From NCBI GenBank assembly GCA_905178155.1, contig CAJINV010000002.1, forward strand, positions 8,017,224-8,081,223: a stretch of DNA of 64,000 nt, written 5' to 3'. Origin of the DNA: Amoebophrya sp. A120. Lineage: Eukaryota > Protista > Dinoflagellata. The position numbers were made by a program, and so were the translations under genes. This document shows positions 54,502 to 64,000 of the stretch, in pieces; within the stretch, counting starts at the first letter, position 1, and each line of letters starts with the position of its first letter. Under the pieces are notes generated by a model. It did not search any database and was not told where the DNA came from. It saw only the letters and a list, made by a program, of their open reading frames with translations.

Positions 54502-57500
54502 ATGTCGCGGACCCCGCAGTTCTTTCCGCCTTGTCCGCGCGGCCTTTCCGCTCTTCCGCTGCCCGGTACGTCGAAACAAGCCGCGCTCAAGGGGCGAGAA
54601 TCTAGTACAACACTGCCGTCGTTCTTCAATATTCGAGAGACGGCGAGACGACCTATTTCTACCAGTAGCGGTTCAGGTTCTCCTGCTGCTCCCAGTATGA
54701 TAATTGAGAGTTACAACTTCCGGCACCGCCTCAGTACGCGAAGTGGACGAGCCCCTCCGACCTGGCTCAGCTCGCTCTTCCTGGTGGTTTTGTTCGCCGC
54801 TTCCGGTTTATTTCTCGTGCGATTTGCACACAGTGAAGGAGATGAGCGTGTTGACCACGCAAATTACGAAAAGACTGGTGTTTTCGTCGACGAGTACGGT
54901 CGTGCAAGTACAACCACCTCGAGAGGTAGAGGTGCTGGTGGTCGACCGCGAGAAGAACAACCACCGGCCCACCCCGCCCTCCTTTCATCGCAGGATCTCG
55001 ACAGCGCCGGCACGGACGAGACGTCGGGGGAGCTGCGCGACGGTTCTGTTTTTGAAAGCGACCACTTTGATGGATTCGAAGAGGAGCTTCTGGCGATGAG
55101 AAGCCAAAATCTTTTCGTAGGAGATCATGACCCGGATGAACTCATGGCGCGCTCTTTCTTGCTAAAGACAACCTCCGAGGACGACCCCGAGCATGAACAT
55201 CTAAGGGCCTTCGAAGGTCGTCGTGGCCGCGCGTCGAATCGCGACACGACCACGATCTTTGACGGCGTAGCGCCGTTCGAAGATCTGGAGAAATTGAGAA
55301 GGTCGCAGCGGGGGCTGCAACCGATGTTGGTAAACCGGCGTCCCCCGCCGGCGACGTCCGATGGTTCTTACGCGGCTCCGACTTCTGCCTCCGGTACTAC
55401 TGCTGCGACGTCATCTTCTGCGCGGGAGGGTGGACAGTTTTCTGAGGGGGAAGGAGGGGCTAGTGCAGCTGGTGAAAATATTTCTGAGGGGGAAAAAGAA
55501 GAGATTGAACATCATGGTTCAACGGGACGACGAGGAGAGAAGAGTCCGCCACCGCCCGGTTCCGCCGAAATCCGGATTGCCGCGTTGGAGAAGCAAGTAA
55601 GCGAAGTGTTGCGGACGCAGGATGACCAGCGGAAAGCGTTGGAGCGCGTGCGGTTCGTGGGGCGGTACTTCGCCCTGCAGGCGGCGCGGGGACAGGCCAT
55701 GTGGCTGGGCACCACACGCGAGAAGGTGACCTTCGCATGCATGTGTCTGTTCGGGGGCATCTTTGCAGTGCTGGTCGGGCTGCTGCTGCCCTGCCGCCTG
55801 GTGTTCTTTCCCATCCGCATTCTGGAGCGGCGCCTGAGTCGGGAGGAGCTCCGGGCGCGCCGGCGAAGCTCCACGGTGGGAAACTCGTCCGTCACTTTAC
55901 TGGCCGCCACGGATGCGGATGAACAGGAGGCTTCCTACCTGCTTCCGTGGGACTTCGCGTATCGGGGGACGTTGTCTAGTGTGTGTCAGGTGCAAGACTC
56001 CCCGGAGGGTCTGATTTGGAAGGCGTGTCTGCTGCTCTACTGCGCGTCCGCGTTCTTGAGCCACTACACCTTCGAGGCCCACACGGCCTGGTGCCGCGAA
56101 TACGACCCGCGGCTCCCCGGACGCATCGCGCTGGAGTCGGTGCTGCGGCGACCCCAAGTGGGTACGTATGTCGAGATCCGCTCTCGCATGTTCTGGTTGG
56201 TGGCGCCCTACACGCTATTCGCGGTGGTGGCGCTCGTGCCCAGCTTTTCCTTTCTCAGATCGGCGGGTGAAGACCACGACGACCGCGACACTGTTGTAGC
56301 TAAAGTACAAGAACAACGGGCTGCGGATGGGACGACAGCAGAGGACAAAGAAGTAGAACGGGATGATCATGCTGGTGTTGAGAGTGATCAGAATGTCACT
56401 GGTGACCACAGCGATGACCGCCTAATGTCCTCTACAACTTCCTCCGACGAGTTACTGGAAGATATCTCTTCCTCTGAAGTAGAGGCGCGCACAGCAAGGA
56501 CCAGGGCCGACGTGGCTTCATCTTCTAAAGGATTCCCTTCTGGTGACCTTTCTCCGCGCACTCTGTCCAGAGAGTTGAGCAACAAGAGCCTCGATGACGG
56601 TAGTTCAGGAACAAATGAGCTTGGGCAGCTGCCCAGTGGGGAAGGCTCCGCGGACCGGGAGGGGCCCAGTAGAGTTGCGCGAGCGCGGCGCGAGTTGAAG
56701 AAGGTAACCCGTGAAGCTGCTGGCGGCGTCAAGAAGGGAATGGGGGGCAAGATGGAGCTGCTGAGGTCGAAGACGAGGCGGAAAATCAAGAAACTGACGT
56801 CGGCGGAGTTCGAAGCCCGGAACTCCTTGTCCGAGCGCACGCGTCTGCACAAACGATTTCTCGCGACCTGGCTCGTGGTGCTGCACAACATCGCCGCCCC
56901 CGCGGCCACCGCGATTTTGCTGGGGTTCGAGGCCTACCAGCTCTTCGTCGGGGAGAACGTGCCTCTCGGCTACATGTTTCGCGCCTTCGACTCTTCCGGG
57001 AAGTTTTTGTCCTGGCGCTACGACAATCTGCAGTACTACGAGAAGATGTGGTACTTCACCAAGCAGACCACCTGTCTCGACTACTCCCTGGACCCCGACG
57101 ACCCGAGCAAGCCCTTTTACAGCTGGCGCCCCGTGTTGGCCTGGCGGTGCTTTCTGGTTTGGGGAGGCACCGTGTTTGCCGCGCTCTTCGTCGTGTTGCG
57201 GTTCGTGCTCCGCTTCCGTCCCCCCAAGAAGGGCGACTTGGACCCGCGCGTTGTAGTGGAGAAGGAATCCGAGCACAGGTCCATCTTGATGAAGAAACTG
57301 TCGCGGCTGCGGGCTAATGCGCTGACGCTGCCCAGACTCGTGTTCACGACTGAAGTCATCTGCATGCTGTGCGTGTTCGGACTGCCGCTCCTTGCCGCCT
57401 GGGACCGCCTGCACATGATGGAGCGTGGAAAATTCGCGGAGGGACAGCAGATCGAGGAAGAAATTGGTTGGAGCAATGCGGCCGACATGTGGGACACGGC

Positions 57501-58639
57501 GTTGTCAATCACCAGCGTGAACACCGGTATCGCCGCGTTCGGTGTGCCCACCCGCTGTGAAAGGCTGAAAAAATGGAAGCCGTACGGTAAGGTCGATGCT
57601 CACTCTCAAACTTACCAGACCAGGTTGAACCGGTGGGACGGCGTTGTTCTTGGCGACTATCATGAGGATTGCATCAGTAAGGTTCTGACGAACGCGGATA
57701 GGGGACGGCAAACGCTGCTCAGCGCTATTCCAACGGGGATAGATGCCAGTATGTTCGACGTGCCGAGTCGCGCCGCGGTGCTGCGCTCGCTCGGTTATTT
57801 TGACGGGCATGAAGAGACGAGATCGCCGGAGCACCACGAGACTACACGCTACCAAATGTAAAAATGTCTGGGTCTGGAAGAGTCATGCTGTTTCTGCATG
57901 ACACAGCAGGTCTGGCATGGAAGCTCTAGCATCACAGGTTTCGAGAAGCTTCCGCAATGCCGAACCCGCATGACAAATCCCCCACTTTGGTGACAGAAAG
58001 TAGGCAGCTTTTGCTACCCATGCATGAGAGATTTTTGTGTGTTCTGAAATGCGCATGACAAGTTGCATTCTTCCAGACCCAGACATTTTTACATTTGATA
58101 CACGCGAGGACAGTACATCCCAGCAGAACCTCAGCGGGCAGCGAGGCGGGCAGCTTAGCAGATTTGGCGCACCAGAGACAGAACAAGCAGCGGGTGACGA
58201 CGCGGCGAGGTGGTCCCAGTACAATGCGGAAAGGAGCGCATCGCACAACCAAGAACACGGCGGCAGCAGAGCGGGTGGAGACCACGGCGGGTCCAGTTAC
58301 TATGATGGTGCCAAAGGGCAGTGGAGGTCCCCGCATAGTACCACACAGCAGTCTGAGCACGCAGAGCAGCAGTCTCAGCTGCACAGCGAGGGGCAGCGTG
58401 GCGGTGGGTCTAGAGGACTGCAGGGCCGCGCCGCATCACGACCGCCGTCGCAGCAAGAAATGAAGACCACCGACATGGCGAATAGCAGGACCGGAAGTCC
58501 TGGTGCGCCATCAGCGGGAAATAGACCGGCAGGTGGTGAGTGGTCTGGCAGTTGGAAGACGCGAATGGTGTATCACGGGGACAATTTATTATTTGGCAAC
58601 GGGGACGAGGAACAGGAAGACGGTTACGATCTAGACTAG
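54502..58639 (+). CDS. Large multipass membrane protein of unknown function; last exon joined across introner 57850-58100; start uncertain
   Basis: 1119-aa ORF with several hydrophobic segments; splice ETTR|EDSTSQQ is in frame to the stop at 58639. Confidence 0.75.
57850..58100. mobile_element. Introner, family 1
   Basis: TACC..aaaatgtctgggtctggaag / cttccagacccagacattttt..GATA; DR CACGC. Confidence 0.92.
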
Positions 58640-59588
58640 AAATAGTGCGCCGAAGAATTTATAAAAATACGCACCGACAACTGCAAGAAGTAGAACTAGA
58701 ACTGGAAGTCATTGCTCACCTAGATGCCGCAGCTGTAGTGATGATGGTCCGCTTTTCTGAAGAACACATTTCCCCCGCTGTTTTTTGCGCTACTTTTGTG
58801 AAAAACGCATTTGTTTTCCCCAGACTAGCAGAAAGAAACAAAGTGTTTACGACATGAGATAATTTCGGACAAAAATATTAAGCAGGCCAATACTGCGATG
58901 ACGGTTTTTTTGTTCGACCAGATCCTCGCTCTGCAAGTCCGATATAAGAAAGAACGTCAAGACCACGTGGACGGCCTTTGAAAATTCATAATTCTATTCT
59001 GCAAGCCATCTGCGGGATGATGATGCGTTTGTATCTGCGGGGTGATGAAGATGGCGAGGATCCTCCAGAGAAAGTGCTCGTCATGTAATACCTCGTGTAC
59101 TTGTGGATGTCAATGCTGCCAGCACGGCTTGGCTTGGAAGAGAGGCAACAAAGAGCAACCGACGAGAGTGGCAACACTGTCTCTCAGCACAATAAACACC
59201 GACATCGAAGGAAATTTGTGGCGATTGATTTTTGTTGAGGCATAATCCGAAGTACGTATGTCTGCCGAGGTTCCTGTCATTCTCCTGAGTCGACGTGTGG
59301 TGCTGGGCAAAATGAAATGAAGCTGTCGTAAACCGGGAGAGTCGAAATATGCGGAACGAAAGGAGGCTTTCCGACTTTACTGAGTGTGCAGCAGGGCCCG
59401 CTGCCGGTATAAAAGTTTTCATGTGCTGCCGGTGCCGCATCTTCGGTCGTGTTCAAGATGGTGGCGCCGCGATGCTTGTGATTTCGCCATATTCATCTGC
59501 GAGCGTCTTGCTCTGACTTACAGTGTTCTGCTTTCTACATGAACTGTACTTAGCTGTGGACGAGTGGGAAAAGATATAGCGCAAAATC

Positions 59589-62500
59589 ATGCTTCCCGGT
59601 TCTCTGCCACCTCCCCCGCGGCGCACGAGCGGGACCATGGTGGGCGCCTTGGGGAACCGCCGGCGCAGCAATGAGATCATGGAAATGATCGAAAATACGC
59701 TGTGCAAAAGTATCGTACTCGTATAAATGCAGGTCTTGCATTACAAATTTCTTTGTCAAGGCAAATCAGCATTACAAATTTTATTTCTCATGCTGAGAAA
59801 ATTTGTAATGCATTTATACGAGTGCGATACTTTTGCAGTTCATAGAAAATGAGCAACAGCAATCCACACTACGGAAGAAGGTGCGGCAAGTCGACCCGTG
59901 GGATAACGATTTGGTGCAGATTTGCACCAGTAACTTCATTTCTACATGCAACAACGTTGATATCCACAAAAATAAGGACGACACTGTGTGGAGGGTCTCC
60001 TCTGCGGGAGCTCCGGGAGGTGCAGGTTCCTCACCGTCAACAGGTGGTAAAAATCAGGCTAAGAAGCTGGAAGTCCATCAAAAATCGGAGACGAAAATGA
60101 AGCACGAACAGCAAATGCTGAACAACAAACTTGGGTCTACGCCAACGGCTTCATCCCCAGGGGCGAACGCAAGTTTGTCGTCCCCGAGCGGTAAAACTGC
60201 TGCTGCAGTTGGTCACCACCAGCAGCAGTTCCTTGCCTCGTCGCCCGCAAATCCGAGCGCGCCGCCGGGAGCGGGTTCATCCCGAGAAATAAATGCACCG
60301 GGCCCACTACATCACCAGCAGCAGCCGTTACTCGTGCTGCCTTGCGGGTTGCGAGATTTTTACACGATCCAGCTGAAGAAGAGGCCCAAGCACAAGGTGA
60401 TGATCAGTGTGCGCACCACCGTGGAGACGGTACTGATTCGGCCGAACGAGATCCAGTTTCCGGTGCATGAAAGTTGTACCGCGAGCAAGGAAAAAGCATC
60501 CTCAAGGCACCAGAAGATGGTGAGTGAGGGCGAGAAGAGCAGTGGTAGGGGTGCTGATCATTTTGATCTCCACCGTGGGCCGCAGCAACCAGCTTCGCCA
60601 CGACTCAGGGGCAGTGGAAGTGGAACGTGTACAAGTCCCAGCGGCGCAAATAACCAGCAGTCGCTCCTGTCCCCGCGTTCGGTGTCCAGTCTGGTCTCGC
60701 AGTTTTCAGCATCGTCCCAGGCCAGTTGTAATGGCGACGAGGAAGTAGAGCGAGAGGACTACGCGACGAGCCCCTGCGTGAAGAACATCGAGATGAAGGC
60801 CCACCACGACGAGGGCATCACCGCAGAGCACCAGCACCGTTACAACAACTCCACCCAGCAAGTGAAGGAACTAGATTTAGCTTGGAGCCAGCCACGGCAG
60901 CTGACGGTGGACGCTTTTTACGTCGATATTGGCACGAAACAGCTAAGAAAATGCATGTATCTGGTCTGGGTCTGGAAAAATGCAAGGCTTGTCGTGCTCG
61001 GCCAGCATGACCCTCGAGTCTAGCACGCACATTTTTAACCAATAACGCCAATATTCTGTCATGTAGGAATGCAGTGTGACATGCAGAAGAGGCAACACCT
61101 CCTTCTAGTCGGAACTCAAAAAATTGTCGTGCTTGAGCGTCAATCTCAATTGACGCGTCCTCATGAATGATTGTTTACCCCGCATCACAAGTTTCCAGGC
61201 CGAAAACCTACTCATTTGCACGTGATAACAGCTGAACCTGCTCCACTACATTTCGAGTAAGGATCCGGCTTTTGACGCGGTTTCCTTTCAAATCACCATC
61301 CACGTGGCCGACCGCGAGGGCGGGAGTCTGATCGCCTTTGGCAGCCACTTTTCCGCTAACGCGAATCAAGGTGGTCCTAATGCGAGCGGCGCGGGGGGAG
61401 TTGTAAACGCTTTATCATCTTCCTCCGTGGGAGGCAAAAACACTGCTTCTAGCGCGGCAACGGTTTACCCCGTGGTTTCTGTCTCCACCTCTGCGGGGAA
61501 GAAAAAGCTACGCACGTTCGATGCGAGCCTACTGCCGCAGCAGCAAGCAGCGGCTACGAATAATTCCGGCGCGGCGGCTACACAACAAGGGCAACTAGTA
61601 CAGCAGGGAGTTTTCTTAACCGGCGTTGACACGAAAGATCCTTTGTCCGCAACTTCTCCACGGAAGGCCTTTGGTCCTCGCAGCCAGATGAACCAGCAAG
61701 CTGCACCGAGAATCCCGGAGTTTCACCCCTTCGCCGGCTCCAACGTTCCGCGCACGTTGGTGCACATCGCCTCTGGACCGAAGCACAGCGTCTGCTGTTG
61801 CAACGCTGGCGGGGTGCACTCCTTCGGGTTGTTGGCCCTGAACGAGAAAGGTGCCGCCTCTGGTGCGGTTCCTGCCGCCGGCGCAACCGGACCCGCGGGC
61901 GCGGTCGTGAAGGCGGGCGCACACTCCAACTCGCTGGAAGCGAACCTGCAGAACTGCGCGCTGAAGCTCGGCCGGTTCATCCCGTCCGCGCGGGAGATCG
62001 CGGAAAACAGCAACGTGGAGCAAGCGAGCAGCAACATCGTGGCGCAGCTCGGGCCGGTCCTGAGTTTGGCGCACGCCGCGGTCATCGAGGTGAGCTGCGG
62101 GATCAGCCACTCTCTGGCGCTCGACAGCAGCGGGATCGCCTATTTTTTCGGCGACATGATGGCGGCGCCGGCCGTGGCGGCGCAGCAGGGAAGTGGAGTG
62201 GTAAAGATTTTTTCCCCGGTCGTCGGCACAAAATCAGCCCACTCGACGTCTTCACCACCCGGGGCGGGTGGGAGGAACTTCAAGAGTGGACCGCAAGAAC
62301 ATAAGGCCAGCAGCCCGCTGATGCTGAAAGATGCAGCTTCTCCGAAGAAGATGAAAGGGGGTCGCGCAGCAGTTCGTGCGGGTGGAGCAGGCGGAATTAT
62401 GAGGGGAAAAAGTACTAGCCCGCCGGCCGAGCATGATCGTCCGACAAGAAGATCACAGCAGGATCATATGACCAACCCGCTGTTGACCACGAAGGCGGAT

Positions 62501-64000
62501 GAAACATGGAGGAGTTCGCCAACGTCGCGAGCAACAAATCTTGACAAAAATGGCACGAGCAGTAAAACAAGCAGATCAAAATCTGCAAGCAAGCAAAAAG
62601 ACCCGGCTGTCCACCCGAGGAAGCCCTTGCAGTCGTGGTCCAAAGTGTCGCAGGCGCAGCCGATTCAGGGCCTTGGGCCCGAGGCGCTGGTCCGCCGGGT
62701 TGCCTGCGGCGGGCAAAGCTGCGCCTTGATTGTGCAGCAGGCGAACACGAATGAGACCGCGCTCTTCACATGGGGAAAGGGGAGCTCCGGGATCTTGGGG
62801 CACGGAAATTACGACGACGTGTTCGTGCCGAGGCGGGTGCAGCTGAATCATCTGGCGAGCAAGACAAGCGTGACATCATCCAACGGTGGTAGCTTTTCCG
62901 GAATGAGTCATGGAACGACGGCGCACCAGAAGACGTGTTCTAAGCAGAAGTCTGGTTCAAAATCGAAATTGCACGCAGGAGGAGCTGCTGCACCTTCAAC
63001 GACGATTCCAGGCGAACAAAAACAACAAGCAGGGCGACAGGAAATTATTACACCGGCTGCTCAACACATCAACTTCTCGGTGTCTCAAGTGGCGTGCGGT
63101 CGCGCGCACATGCTGGTATCTGTGATGGGAAGCAGGACCACTAGCATCACGACAAACGGCAGTAGTGATGGCGGGGTTCATCTTCGTGTTGCGACGAGTG
63201 CTGAACAACTACAGCCTGGATCATTTGAGCAGGATAGCAGTTTTGTGCTTTCCTGCGGGCATCCGGACGACGGACGGTTGGGGCGGAGTAGCGGAAAATC
63301 CAACCTGCTGCTGCCTATGGATTGCAAATATGTCTGGGTCTGGAAGATTCCAACACTTGTCATGCAGTTTTTCCAAGCTCCGCCAAGGCTGGAATGCAGG
63401 ACATAGCATCACAGGTTCTGCAGCTCCTTGGTGATGCCTATTCTGCATGAGAAATGCCCTCTCAGCATGGCCAGAAATGGGGACCTTTTGCAAGTCGCAC
63501 AGCACAGATTTTTGTATGATCCGCAACACGCATGATAAGTTCGCATTCTTCCAGACCCAGACATTTTTGCAGTTGATACTGCCGATCGAAGAGCCAATCA
63601 AGAGTAGCAGCAGTTGTCAGGAAGGGAACAATGGTAAAGATCGTGATCATGATCTTCATAGGGCGGGTGGAACAAAGGTAACGAAAACTACTACTTCATC
63701 TGCAGACGACGATGGTGATCTGCTTATCGACGTGGAGCAAGCCGGGGGAAATCAAGATCATGTCCACTTTGGTGGCAGGCGGGCGAAAGAAATGAATAAA
63801 CAGCAAGTAGTGTTGAAACGGCAAGAGCCCCCGTCGTCTCAGACGATCTTCGCCCGCTACCTGGCCACCGGGGGCGCGCACAGTGGCTTCATCGAGAAGT
63901 CCCTTTCCGTGTACACGTGGGGGTGCAACCGGTTCGGCCAGCTGGGGCTCGGGTACGCGGGCGGTTTTTACCAGGAGAAGCCGCGGAAGGTGCGGTTCTT
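59589..64000 (+). CDS. RCC1-repeat (BLIP-II propeller) protein, 3' truncated by the window
   Basis: IASGPKHS, VSCGISHSLAL, VACGGQS..LFTWGKG..GILGHG, VACGRAH, ATGGAHS..VYTWGCNRFGQLG; three introners splice in frame. Confidence 0.85.
59696..59844. mobile_element. Introner, family 6 (nearly full hairpin)
   Basis: tgcaaaagtatcgtactcgtataaatgc / gcatttatacgagtgcgatacttttgca; termini TACG/CATA; DR GAAAA; splice gives MIE|NEQQ. Confidence 0.85.
60944..61227. mobile_element. Introner, family 1 (diverged)
   Basis: TAAG..gtctgggtctggaa / ..GATA; DR ACAGC; splice gives GTKQ|LNLL, in frame with the 61304 ORF. Confidence 0.82.
63316..63578. mobile_element. Introner, family 1 (opposite internal orientation)
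   Basis: TIR as family 1; DR CTGCC; splice gives NLLL|PIEE, running into an RCC1 repeat. Confidence 0.92.

Overview
Eukaryotic, gene-dense, intron-rich DNA. It most resembles the parasitic dinoflagellate Amoebophrya (Syndiniales); this is inferred from non-canonical inverted-repeat introns, unidirectional gene blocks and an alveolate-style gene set, not from a database match. The left block (about 0.3-32 kb) is all minus strand: unknown protein, Rab2, kelch protein, two tandem pepsin-fold proteases (one with Cys replacing a catalytic Asp), BRF1 and an unknown protein. The right block (33-64 kb) is all plus strand: SRPK, type I DnaJ, C2orf69-like hydrolase, SWEET transporter, multipass membrane protein and RCC1-repeat protein. 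Two systems stand out. (1) About 20 intron-forming elements from several unrelated families share TA...TA termini and a 5-bp target duplication. Protein frames are restored by one positional rule (cut 1 nt before the left TA and 4 nt after the right TA) regardless of GT-AG or element orientation. Supporting evidence includes a filled/empty site pair and an apparent 5-bp excision footprint. (2) An 8.1-kb tyrosine-recombinase retrotransposon with split direct repeats has an unusual layout (B - spacer - C|B - YR - gag-like - RT/RNase H - C). It is nested in a direct-repeat shell, inside a satellite, inside a probable ~10.5-kb intron.
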